From an uncultured bacterium (GTDB taxonomy: Bacteria > Patescibacteriota > Minisyncoccia > UBA6257 > 2-01-FULL-56-20): a DNA stretch of 36,137 nt. The DNA lies in the NCBI GenBank assembly GCA_963696395.1, contig CAVOJZ010000001.1, positions 1 to 36,137 of the forward strand, in the 5' to 3' direction. The translations under genes were made by a program, and so were the position numbers. Positions 8,723 to 17,568 of the stretch are shown one piece after another. Under the pieces are notes generated by a model. It worked only from the letters and a program-made list of their open reading frames with translations, ran no database searches and was not told the DNA's origin. Within the stretch, counting starts at the first letter, position 1. Each line of letters begins with the position of its first letter.

Positions 8723-9898
8723 ATGAAAATAAAATCGCTCCAAGCGCGGCCAATTCTCGACTCACGCGGCCAATGGACGGTAGAGGCTGAAATTATTTTT
8801 GCCGATGGCGTGAGTGCGGTGGCGTCGGTTCCACAGGGCAAAAGCACCGGCTCGTCGGAAGCAGTCGCATTACCGGCAAAAAAAGCCGTCCATAACATCG
8901 AAAAAATAATCTTGCCCAAACTGCGAGGGAAAAATATCTCAACCCAGGCCGACCTGGATGGTTTACTCACCACGCTCGATGGCACCGAGCAGAAAAAAAA
9001 TCTTGGCGCGAATGCAATTCTTGGCGTCTCTATCGCATATCTCCGGGCATACGCGGAGGCGAAGCATATCCCGCTGTGGAAACATATTGCGTCCATCGCC
9101 GAAAGCAAACCTTCGGCGCCGCGGTTGTTTATTAATGTTGTAAACGGCGGTTTGCACGCTGGAAACGATTTACATTTTCAGGAATATTTAATTATTCCAA
9201 AAGCAAAAACAATCCGGGAGTCGGTTGCTGTTGGAACAACTATTTATCAAACGCTCAAAAAAGCTCTGATTCGAACGAAGCAGAAAGGTGCGGCAAATAT
9301 TGGCGATGAAGGTGGTTACGCTCCGGATTTTAAGGACGACATGGAGCCGTTTCGCATTCTCCGTTCCGTAATGTCAACCCTGCACCTCGAAACAGCGGTT
9401 GATTTTGGCATGGATGCCGCTGCCACGGATGCCAAACTGGATGATCGTGAATTAGGTGCGTTTTATCAAAAATTTATTCGGCAGTATCGTCCGTTATATA
9501 TAGAAGATCCGTATCCCGAGGATCAATTTGAAAAATTTTCATCTCTTAAAGAAAAATACGCTGGTGGAAAGAATGCGAATCTTTGGATTGCCGGCGACGA
9601 CCTGACGACAACGAATGTCCGGCGGATGGAGCGGGCCCATGCGGAAGCCAGCGTAAATGCAGTGATTATAAAACCAAACCAAATCGGCTCGGTCACGGAA
9701 GCAATTGATGCCGTTAAAGCCGCCCGACGTTACGGATGGAAGGTGGTTGCTTCTCACCGCAGCGGCGAAACAAACGATACCTTTATTGCGGATTTTGCCT
9801 ACGGCATTGGTGCCGATGGCCTGAAACTTGGCGCCCCCGCACGAGGCGAGCGCATCGCAAAATATAACCGATTGCTGGAAATTGAGGCGGGGAATTAA
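8723..9898 (+). CDS. eno: Enolase (compact, 391 aa)
   Basis: ILDSRG.WTVE, PQGKSTG, LGANAILGVS, NGGLHA..FQEY, GDEGG, IEDP, GDDL, IKPNQIG, SHRSGET and ARGERIAKYNRLLEIE. Confidence 0.95.
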   Translation: MKIKSLQARPILDSRGQWTVEAEIIFADGVSAVASVPQGKSTGSSEAVALPAKKAVHNIEKIILPKLRGKNISTQADLDGLLTTLDGTEQKKNLGANAILGVSIAYLRAYAEAKHIPLWKHIASIAESKPSAPRLFINVVNGGLHAGNDLHFQEYLIIPKAKTIRESVAVGTTIYQTLKKALIRTKQKGAANIGDEGGYAPDFKDDMEPFRILRSVMSTLHLETAVDFGMDAAATDAKLDDRELGAFYQKFIRQYRPLYIEDPYPEDQFEKFSSLKEKYAGGKNANLWIAGDDLTTTNVRRMERAHAEASVNAVIIKPNQIGSVTEAIDAVKAARRYGWKVVASHRSGETNDTFIADFAYGIGADGLKLGAPARGERIAKYNRLLEIEAGN

Positions 9899-9914
9899 GG
9901 TATAATGAAGTGGT

Positions 9915-11426
9915 ATGACGCTTCTTATCAAGAATGTGCGTATCATTGGCGGAGCGCGGGACTTTCCTGACCCGTGCGATATTTTTGTAAACGGGGAAAG
10001 GATTTCAGCAATCGGAAACTTTCCGAAGAAACCCGCAGATGTCATTCTTGATGGCCAAGGGGCGTACCTAAGTCCCGGTTTTATCGATGTCAGTACCGCG
10101 TCGGATCATTATCTGACCTTGCTTGAATATCCGAGCCAGGAGGATTTTTTGAAACAAGGAGTGACGACCATTTTCGGGGGCATGTGCGGCGCGTCGCTTG
10201 CGCCGCTTATTTATGGTGGGCTTGAATCGTTTCGGAAATGGGGTGGAACCGACCGCGTAAACGTCAACTGGCACAGCATGGCTGAGTTCCTCGCAGAGAT
10301 AGATAAACGGCCTCTCGCCGTCAATTTTGGAACACTGGCGGGGCATTCAACGATTCGTCGTGCGATTACGGGTGACGCTATCCGGGATTTAACAAAAAAC
10401 GAACTCGAAGTTTTTAAAACAACCCTTGTTGCGGCACTTCAGGAAGGCGGTTTCGGCCTTTCTACCGGCCTCGAATACATCCACACAAGCAAAGCACCTT
10501 ACTCGGAATTAAAGTTTCTCGCTGATATCACCAAGCGTTTCAATGGGGTATATGCGACTCACCTTCGAAATGCCACCGATGAACTGGAAGCATCGGTTCG
10601 TGAAACCATTAAAATCGCCGATGAAACAAATGCAAAAATATTGGTAAATCATTTCGTCCCTATTACGGGCTATGAAAAGCAATACGAGCAATCGTTGAAG
10701 ACGATCGAATCTTTGCCTGCCGAAAAAGATTTTCGTTTTGGCATTTACCCCTCGCTCTTCACGATGTCCGCGATTTACACGTTCCTACCGCGGTGGGCTC
10801 AGGTGGAAGGGTTTGAAAAGATGAGATCACAATTAAAAGATAATTGGATGGCTGCAAAAATCGAAAAGGATATGCCGAAGATGGAGGAGGATAATTTCAT
10901 CGTCGCACAGGCGCCCGGAAACGATTTTTTGGTTGGTCGTTCGCTCCGGGAGATCGGGGATATGTATAACATTGACGATGGACGCGGAGCGCTTTTAAAG
11001 CTTATGGCGACTCTCGATATGCGCGGCGCGGCGCTCTATAAAAATATTAATGAAAAACTGGTAACACGGGCCATGGCCAGTTCGCGAAGCTTTATAACTT
11101 CAAACGCCCCAAGTTTTGGTTTCGCAAAAGATCGGCGGCTGAAGTCGGAACACACAACATCAACCTTCATGCAATTTCTTTCGGCTGTTGAAGATTGGAA
11201 AATAATGCCGCTCGAGGAAGCCATACGGAAAATAACGCTTGAACCGGCAAAGACTTTTAACCTCACCGGACGAGGGGAAATAAAAGAGGGGAATTTCGCA
11301 GACATAACCTGCTTCAAGGGAAGTGAAATAAAATTCACTGTTGTTAACGGATCGCTTGCAATGCAGGATGGTGAATTTAAGGGGTCGTTCCAGGGCGTGG
11401 CGTTACGCCACGCCAGTCCAAAATAA
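9915..11426 (+). CDS. Amidohydrolase, N-acyl-D-amino-acid deacylase-like
   Basis: LSPGFID, QGVTTIFGGMCGASLAP, AVNFGTLAGHSTIRR, GFGLSTGLEY, YATHLRN, EEAIRKITLEPA and RGEIKEGNFADI. The stop overlaps the ftsW start (TAATG at 11424-11428). Confidence 0.85.
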   Translation: MTLLIKNVRIIGGARDFPDPCDIFVNGERISAIGNFPKKPADVILDGQGAYLSPGFIDVSTASDHYLTLLEYPSQEDFLKQGVTTIFGGMCGASLAPLIYGGLESFRKWGGTDRVNVNWHSMAEFLAEIDKRPLAVNFGTLAGHSTIRRAITGDAIRDLTKNELEVFKTTLVAALQEGGFGLSTGLEYIHTSKAPYSELKFLADITKRFNGVYATHLRNATDELEASVRETIKIADETNAKILVNHFVPITGYEKQYEQSLKTIESLPAEKDFRFGIYPSLFTMSAIYTFLPRWAQVEGFEKMRSQLKDNWMAAKIEKDMPKMEEDNFIVAQAPGNDFLVGRSLREIGDMYNIDDGRGALLKLMATLDMRGAALYKNINEKLVTRAMASSRSFITSNAPSFGFAKDRRLKSEHTTSTFMQFLSAVEDWKIMPLEEAIRKITLEPAKTFNLTGRGEIKEGNFADITCFKGSEIKFTVVNGSLAMQDGEFKGSFQGVALRHASPK

Positions 11427-12538
11427 TGGCCACGACAGCACCGCGGCGCGTTGCGCGCAATCCAGACTATCTCCTGCTCGCGGTCATTTTTTTGTTGCTT
11501 GTTTTTGGCTTGGCAATGCTTGCGTCGGCGTCATCGGACCTCGGGAAAACACAATTCAACGACACTTATTATTATCTGAAGCATCAGATACTTTATGGTT
11601 TGTCATTGGGAGCTGCGGGATTTCTGATTGCCTATTTTGTTCCATTCTACCGCTGGAAAAAATTTGCCTTTATCTTTCTTCTCATCGGAATTTTTGCTCT
11701 GATGGCCGTTTTTACTCCGCTTGGAACTTTCGCCGGAGGCTCAAGTCGGTGGCTCAAGCTTGGCTTCCTAAGTTTTCAACCGGCAGAGCTGATGAAGCTT
11801 GTCTTTATCATGTATCTCGCGGCGTGGCTTTCGAATACAAAATTTAAGCGTTCAACTGATTTTCAATCGGGGCTCGTGCCATTTTTAGCGATAGCCGCTC
11901 TTGTCGGAACGTTGCTACTTTTGCAACCGGCAACCAGCACCGTCGCAATTTTACTCGGAGCCGGTCTCGCAGTTTATTTTGTAAGTGGCGCGCCGTTTAA
12001 ATATGTCGTTGGCATTATCGCGCTCGGCGTCGTAGTAGTGGCGCTCGTTATTTACATAACGCCATATCGCCGTGCGCGCATTCTCGGATATCTCGATCCG
12101 AGTTCCGATTCGCAAGGCCAAAACTACCAGGTGAACCAGGCTCTTATCGCAATCGGATCGGGGGGGCTCACGGGGGTCGGTTACGGGCAGTCCGCCACCA
12201 AGGCAAGTTATCTTCCGACACCGATCGATGATTCGATTTTTGCGGTCACCGGTGAAGAGCTTGGCTTTGTCGGTGCTTCAATCCTTGTGGTGCTCTTTGC
12301 GTTGCTTTGCACACGCATGTTCTGGCTTGCTAAACGCATGGGTGATCAATTCGGCAGATTGATGCTCGTCGGCTTCGGTAGTGTGGTTGCTCTTCAAGCA
12401 TTCGTTAATATGGCGTCTATTTCCGGCCTTATACCGCTTACCGGCGTCCCGTTGCCGTTTGTAAGCTACGGCGGAACCGCTCTCGCGATTTTCATCACCA
12501 TGATGGGACTTTCGGTAAATGTAACCAAATATAGGTAG
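11426..12538 (+). CDS. ftsW: SEDS peptidoglycan polymerase FtsW
   Basis: GGSSRWLKLG..SFQPAELMKL, YRRARI, YQVNQALIAIGSGG..GVGYG, DSIFAVTGEELGF and TGVPLPFVSYGGT. Adjacency to murG favours ftsW over rodA. Confidence 0.92.
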   Translation: MATTAPRRVARNPDYLLLAVIFLLLVFGLAMLASASSDLGKTQFNDTYYYLKHQILYGLSLGAAGFLIAYFVPFYRWKKFAFIFLLIGIFALMAVFTPLGTFAGGSSRWLKLGFLSFQPAELMKLVFIMYLAAWLSNTKFKRSTDFQSGLVPFLAIAALVGTLLLLQPATSTVAILLGAGLAVYFVSGAPFKYVVGIIALGVVVVALVIYITPYRRARILGYLDPSSDSQGQNYQVNQALIAIGSGGLTGVGYGQSATKASYLPTPIDDSIFAVTGEELGFVGASILVVLFALLCTRMFWLAKRMGDQFGRLMLVGFGSVVALQAFVNMASISGLIPLTGVPLPFVSYGGTALAIFITMMGLSVNVTKYR

Positions 12539-12547
12539 AATAATACT

Positions 12548-13693
12548 ATGGCCGACCGAAATATATTTACCGTGGTTCTAACCGGAGGCGGCAGCGGGGG
12601 GCACATCTATCCTTTGTTGGCAGTGGCGGAAGTCTTGCAGGGAAAAATCCGGGCGCTCGGCGGGGAAACTCAATTTGTATATATCGGACCGCGGGACGCA
12701 TACGCGCCGTTGTTCGACCAGCGGAATATAGCGATACGGCCGATCATGGTCGGAAAGATACGACGATATTTCTCACTCGAAAACTTCTTGGATATCCCAA
12801 AGTTTTTTATTGGCTTGTGGCAGGCGCTGTGGCAGCTTTACCTTGTGATGCCCGACGTTGTTTTTTCAAAAGGCGGCACAGGAGCCTTCCCGGTTGTGCT
12901 CGCAGCCTGGTTTTACCGCATCCCGGTTGCGCTTCACGAATCGGACGCCGAACCCGGTCTTACCAATCTTGTTTCATCGCGCTTCGCAAATAGAATTTTC
13001 GTCAGTTTTGAGCGTGCAGCCCAGCGCTTCAACCCTGCGAAGACGCTCGTGTCCGGTGCGCCCATCCGGCCTGAGGTGCTTTTGCATCCGCCGACAAAAG
13101 AAGACGCAAAGGAAGCGTTAAATTTTAATAAAAACGAACCGCTCACGCTCGTTTTGGGCGGATCGCAGGGTTCAGTTCGTATTAATGAATTCATTTCGGC
13201 AAACCTTGCCGATATAGTGAAAAATACCCAGATGCTACATCAAACGGGAACCGCTAATTTTGACGATGTAAAAAAATTATCGAATGCCGCACTGGCTGAC
13301 CAACCGGCGGCGGCGAACATCAGGTATCAGCCGGTGAATTATCTTGCCGATAAGCTTCAGGCTGCACTTGCCGCGGCGGATCTTGTCGTTATGCGACCGG
13401 GCGGATCCATTTTTGAAATTGCGGCATTTGGAATTCCTGCAATTCTTATTCCACTTACTGAATCGGCGAACGACCATCAGCGAATCAATGCGTATGAGTT
13501 CGCAAACGCCGGCGGAGGTGTTGTGATCGAAGAGATAAATTTACTTCCGGGGATATTCCTATCTCAACTTAAAAATATTCTTTCCAACACAGAGCTTCGA
13601 TCAAAAATGAGCGCCGCGTCGTCCAAGTTTTTTATCCCGAACGCAGCAGAATCGATCGCCGATGGCATCATTGCCATCGCGGCAGGGAAGTAG
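12548..13693 (+). CDS. murG: UDP-GlcNAc:lipid I transferase MurG
   Basis: TGGGSGGHIYP, FSKGG..AFP, LHESD..PGLTN, VLGGSQGS..IN and ILIPL..SANDHQRINA. Confidence 0.96.
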   Translation: MADRNIFTVVLTGGGSGGHIYPLLAVAEVLQGKIRALGGETQFVYIGPRDAYAPLFDQRNIAIRPIMVGKIRRYFSLENFLDIPKFFIGLWQALWQLYLVMPDVVFSKGGTGAFPVVLAAWFYRIPVALHESDAEPGLTNLVSSRFANRIFVSFERAAQRFNPAKTLVSGAPIRPEVLLHPPTKEDAKEALNFNKNEPLTLVLGGSQGSVRINEFISANLADIVKNTQMLHQTGTANFDDVKKLSNAALADQPAAANIRYQPVNYLADKLQAALAAADLVVMRPGGSIFEIAAFGIPAILIPLTESANDHQRINAYEFANAGGGVVIEEINLLPGIFLSQLKNILSNTELRSKMSAASSKFFIPNAAESIADGIIAIAAGK

Positions 13694-13710
13694 TACGCTA
13701 TATTAGGATA

Positions 13711-13852
13711 TTTAAGGTTGCCCAAAAGGGGGAGTGCTCCAGAGGCGGTTCCTCCTGGGGTCGGATCGACTTTTGTCTCCGGCCCTCTCTGATCGCCGCG
13801 CTGGAAGGGCTAGGGACGATAACATAACCATCGTCCCAACGCCCCTTTTTTT
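13711..13852 (+). ncRNA. Candidate small structured RNA or attenuator leader (unassigned)
   Basis: GC-rich intergenic stretch with hairpins at 13739-13758 and 13759-13784, and a terminator-like hairpin 13807-13844 followed by T7. A TATATT -10-like hexamer lies at 13699-13704. The boundaries are estimates. Confidence 0.4.
13807..13852 (+). terminator. Intrinsic terminator-like hairpin upstream of the pseudouridine synthase
   Basis: Perfect 8-bp stem GGGACGAT(13813-20)/ATCGTCCC(13830-37), extended by GGGC(13807-10)/GCCC(13841-44), then T7 at 13846-13852. Confidence 0.7.
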
Positions 13853-13864
13853 ATACAACAAATC

Positions 13865-14536
13865 ATGGAATTTCCAATGCGAATAAATAAATATTTGGCG
13901 CTCAAAAAACACTCAACGCGGAGAGGTGCGGATGATTTGATTAAAAAACGGCAAGTGTTTATCAACGGCCGCCTGGCGGTTCTTGGCGATAAGGTGAACG
14001 AGTCCGACACCGTTAATGTCCGGTTTCGAGGTGAACCGCCGCACTATCTCTATTTCGCATACCACAAGCCTGCGGGTGCAGCTTCCCATTTTGCCCCCGA
14101 AGATCGCACCGGCGTTTTCCCGGTGAGTGCGCTCGACAAAGAATCGCACGGCCTCACCATTCTCACAAACGACGGCCGCCTTACCGATCGGTTGCTTTCA
14201 AGTAAATATGCGCACGAAAAAGAATATATTGTCGTAACAAGAGAAAAACTTCGGTCAAGTTTTAAAAAGAATATGGAGGCCGGCGTAGCCATTGAGCACG
14301 AGCACACTGAGAAATGTAGAGTGAATATTCTGGACGAAGACACGTTTTCAATCATTCTTACCGACGAAAAAAGCCATCAGGTCCGGCGTATGTGCGTAGC
14401 CTTATTTCAAGAAGTAAAAGATATGAAATGCGTCCGGGTGATGAATATCAAACTCGGAACGCTTAAGGAAGGGGAGCGGCGGAAAATTGAAGGGGACGAG
14501 TTGAAGCGCTTCCTCGAAGGCTTAATGCTTCTCTAG
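13865..14536 (+). CDS. rRNA pseudouridine synthase, RsuA/RluB/RluF family with N-terminal S4 domain
   Basis: S4 domain MRINKYLA..STRRGAD.LIK...V.ING; YHKPAG; catalytic-Asp motif reads SALDKES.GL.ILTNDG; HEKEY; HQVRRM. The start may be ATG 13877. Confidence 0.88.
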   Translation: MEFPMRINKYLALKKHSTRRGADDLIKKRQVFINGRLAVLGDKVNESDTVNVRFRGEPPHYLYFAYHKPAGAASHFAPEDRTGVFPVSALDKESHGLTILTNDGRLTDRLLSSKYAHEKEYIVVTREKLRSSFKKNMEAGVAIEHEHTEKCRVNILDEDTFSIILTDEKSHQVRRMCVALFQEVKDMKCVRVMNIKLGTLKEGERRKIEGDELKRFLEGLMLL

Positions 14537-15103
14537 GATCGCTCGCGCGAGTTCGTCGGCACCCATTTGTTTCTCGGAGGAATAAAAAACGATCTCGTGC
14601 TGGCCGGCAAAGATTCGTGCCGCGGCAATTTTTTCCGCATATTCTGATTTTTTAATCTTATCAACCTTATTGGCGACGATGATCACGCACTTTCCGTGTT
14701 GTTCCAAGCCGGCAAGCATTTCGGCGTCCGTGTTTGTCGCGCCCACATTTACATCGATAATAAGGACAACTATTTTTTGCTCGTAAGGTGAATCGAAAAG
14801 ATACCAATGTATGAGTTTTTGAAGTTTGTCGCGTTCCTCCCATGACCCGGCTGAAAAACCGTATCCCGGTAAATCGAGCAGATAGAATGAGTCATTAACG
14901 AGAAAAATGTTAATTTCCCGCGTGCGCCCCGGCGTCGCGCTCGTTTTGGCCAGAGCTTTTTGTCCTGTTAGCGAATTAATGACGCTCGACTTACCGACAT
15001 TTGAGCGGCCGATAAACGCAACTTGCGGTAATGCATTGTCGAGCATTTCATCCGTTCCGGAGATGCCGCGCATAAACTGCGCGGATGTAATTTTTGCGGT
15101 CAT
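14522..15103 (-). CDS. engB: Ribosome biogenesis GTPase YihA/YsxC (EngB)
   Basis: G1 AFIGRSNVGKSSVIN, SATPGRTREIN, G3 DLPGYG and G4 NKVD. Confidence 0.95.
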   Translation of the reverse strand: MTAKITSAQFMRGISGTDEMLDNALPQVAFIGRSNVGKSSVINSLTGQKALAKTSATPGRTREINIFLVNDSFYLLDLPGYGFSAGSWEERDKLQKLIHWYLFDSPYEQKIVVLIIDVNVGATNTDAEMLAGLEQHGKCVIIVANKVDKIKKSEYAEKIAAARIFAGQHEIVFYSSEKQMGADELARAILEKH

Positions 15104-15588
15104 TTATACACGCACAAATTAATCACAATCGGGCTCACGACGAGATACAGCTGCCACAGGAAAAGGCATACAAAAACGACATAAGCGGCCGTGGTGAACG
15201 AACGTTCATAGCGCCATCCCTGACCGTGGACGCGCTGATAATGTTCTTTAAGTATGCTCCACAGCGATTGCAGAAAAATGAATCCTATATATAAAATGCC
15301 GACGGTAAATAAATTTTTTAACGCTTCATTGTTTTCGATGGAATGCACTGAAACGCTGCAATATGATTGTGCAAGAAAAATCAGGAGCGAAAGCTCCGCG
15401 GCTACCACGAAAAGTGCTTTTATCACCGCCATGCCGGCGATTACTGCGATTACCCCCATGAGTATGGCGAAGAGAATCCCGAGGAGGATCCATAAACTTC
15501 CGATAAGCGTTGCATTCGTGACAAAGAGAACGATCAAATAAAGAATCGAAATCCCGATTGCGATAAACGGTAGACTTTTCTTGAGCAT
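15100..15588 (-). CDS. Hypothetical membrane protein (about 4 TM)
   Basis: 162-aa ORF with several hydrophobic helices. It has a 4-nt overlap with the engB start and a -10-like TAGACT 6 nt upstream of ATG. Confidence 0.7.
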   Translation of the reverse strand: MLKKSLPFIAIGISILYLIVLFVTNATLIGSLWILLGILFAILMGVIAVIAGMAVIKALFVVAAELSLLIFLAQSYCSVSVHSIENNEALKNLFTVGILYIGFIFLQSLWSILKEHYQRVHGQGWRYERSFTTAAYVVFVCLFLWQLYLVVSPIVINLCVYK

Positions 15589-15649
15589 AGTTATAGTCTA
15601 CCGCATCTCCCAAAACCTCCAAAACTCTGCTAAAATAAGGGCTATAGAG

Positions 15650-17098
15650 ATGCCTGAAGCTTCCGAACGACCAATTCGTGTCCGCATTGCGCCAAGCCCA
15701 ACCGGTTCGCTGCATTTTGGCACCGCCAGGACTGCTCTTTTTAATTGGCTTTTTGCGCGGGCGGTTCAGGGTATGTTCATCGTGCGCATAGAAGACACCG
15801 ACAAGGAGCGTTCGGAGAAAAAATTCGAAGATGAAATTCTGGAGGGATTTACGTGGCTCGGTATGGTTTGGGACGAGGGTCCATATCATCAGAGCGAACG
15901 AACGGAAATCTATAAAAAATATTTACAACAATTGCTTGATGAAGGACATGCCTATTATTGCTATTGCAGCAAAGAAGATCTTGAAGCCCAGAGGCAGGGG
16001 ATGCTTGCCGGAGGCCTTGCGCCAAAATATAGCGGACATTGTCGGAACCTGAAAGAAGCACCCGAAGGAAAAAAGCCGGAAGTGATACGGTTCAAAATTC
16101 CGGAGGTAAAAGTTGAATTTAAAGATCTCGTCCGCGGAAAAGTTGTGTTTGATGCAGCGCTGCTCGGCGATCAGGTGATTGCAAAAGATCTCAACACGCC
16201 GCTTTATAACTTTGCAGTTGTAGTGGATGACTCTCTTATGGAGATCAGCCACGTGATACGCGGCGAAGACCACCTTTCGAATACTCCAAAGCAGATTCTT
16301 ATACAAAAAGCTCTTGGCTTTCAGGAGCCGATCTATGCCCACATCCCGCTCATTCTCAATGCTGACCGCAGTAAAATGTCAAAACGCTTAAACGACGTGG
16401 CGCTCATGAATTACCGTGCAAAAGGTTATTTGCCTCAGGCGCTGGTTAATTTTATGGCATTGCTTGGCTGGCACCCGACCGACGATAAAGAAGTTATGAG
16501 CCCCGACGAACTCATCAAGGCTTTTGACATTAAACGGGTGCAACAATCCGGCGCAATCTTTAATGAAGAAAAGCTGATCTGGCTCAACAAGGAGCATATG
16601 AAAAAACTTGGCGATGCGGAACTGACCGAATTGGTCGCACCTTTTGTTGAAAAAGAAATGACTCCGGAGGCGCCGCCTTCACGTGATCTGCTTCAAAAAG
16701 TTATTTCTGTTGGACGGACACGCGCAGCCACGCTTGTAGATTTCGCCACGCAGGGAAAATTCTTTTTTAAATTGCCGAATTACGAAACAGAGCTTCTTGT
16801 ATGGAAGAACGTTCCTTTTGGCGAAGTTTCAACGGTACTCACGGAGGTTCATCGGGCATTAAAAGCAATATCGGCTGAGGATTTTCATAAAGAGCTATTA
16901 AATGAAGTTCTCGCGGGTGTCATTTCGCAAATGAGCAATACCGGTGGCAGCAGAGGGACTGTTTTGTGGCCGCTTCGAGTCGCGTTGTCAGGTCAGTCGG
17001 CATCGCCCGACCCGCTCGACATTATGGAGGTACTCGGGAAAACAGAATCACTGAGACGCATCGAATTGGCAATCAAGAAGATCTCGCAAAAATTGTAA
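15650..17098 (+). CDS. gltX: Glutamate--tRNA ligase
   Basis: RVRIAPSPTGSLHFGTARTALFN (HIGH region), RIEDTD.ERS, SHVIRGEDHLSNT and KMSKR. Start placed at ATG 15650 (MPEASERPIRVR); the 15581 start overlaps the divergent gene. Confidence 0.96.
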   Translation: MPEASERPIRVRIAPSPTGSLHFGTARTALFNWLFARAVQGMFIVRIEDTDKERSEKKFEDEILEGFTWLGMVWDEGPYHQSERTEIYKKYLQQLLDEGHAYYCYCSKEDLEAQRQGMLAGGLAPKYSGHCRNLKEAPEGKKPEVIRFKIPEVKVEFKDLVRGKVVFDAALLGDQVIAKDLNTPLYNFAVVVDDSLMEISHVIRGEDHLSNTPKQILIQKALGFQEPIYAHIPLILNADRSKMSKRLNDVALMNYRAKGYLPQALVNFMALLGWHPTDDKEVMSPDELIKAFDIKRVQQSGAIFNEEKLIWLNKEHMKKLGDAELTELVAPFVEKEMTPEAPPSRDLLQKVISVGRTRAATLVDFATQGKFFFKLPNYETELLVWKNVPFGEVSTVLTEVHRALKAISAEDFHKELLNEVLAGVISQMSNTGGSRGTVLWPLRVALSGQSASPDPLDIMEVLGKTESLRRIELAIKKISQKL

Positions 17099-17145
17099 AA
17101 GAAAGGGGAGTGAAGTTGGCGCGACGTTGTTGTATACTAAAAGAG

Positions 17146-17568
17146 ATGAAACCAGAACGGTTTTTCCCTGTCATCGTCGCATCGATTGCCATATTTATTT
17201 CTCTCTCGAACGTAACGCATGCTTATTCGATCGGCACGGGCGGTCCGGTGCTAAGCACGTCGAGTGTCACTATCGATAATTCCTTCGAAACCCTTATTGC
17301 ACCATTCGAAGCTTTCTTCCATAGCTTGTCCGGCTCAATTGGCACCCAATCAATCCTTGGGACGAATCCATCGAACCCGGCATCAACGCCGTCATTCAAT
17401 TTTAGCAACATCCAAAACATAAATCCGCAGACGTTATTGCAGGAAGTAGATCAGTGGTTCATGGATCATAGTTTCACGCAGATCGTCGCTGCGGTTCTTG
17501 GGGCGATACTGTGGGTGCTGTGGCTGGCTCAGCAGTTCATTCAATGGTTGTTGGGGCTTATTCATTAA
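17146..17568 (+). CDS. Hypothetical membrane/secreted protein (140 aa)
   Basis: From ATG 17146 there is a signal-like N-terminus (MKPERFFPVIVASIAIFISLSNVTHA), a Ser/Asn/Pro-rich middle and a C-terminal TM. TATACT lies 7 nt upstream. Confidence 0.7.
   Translation: MKPERFFPVIVASIAIFISLSNVTHAYSIGTGGPVLSTSSVTIDNSFETLIAPFEAFFHSLSGSIGTQSILGTNPSNPASTPSFNFSNIQNINPQTLLQEVDQWFMDHSFTQIVAAVLGAILWVLWLAQQFIQWLLGLIH

Noticed and set aside
15326-17145. Longer upstream starts and shadow ORFs (15581 start for gltX, 16966 start for the 140-aa gene, 15326-15889 minus)
   Set aside because: They overlap well-supported genes; downstream ATGs give normal N-termini and fit the -10 spacing.
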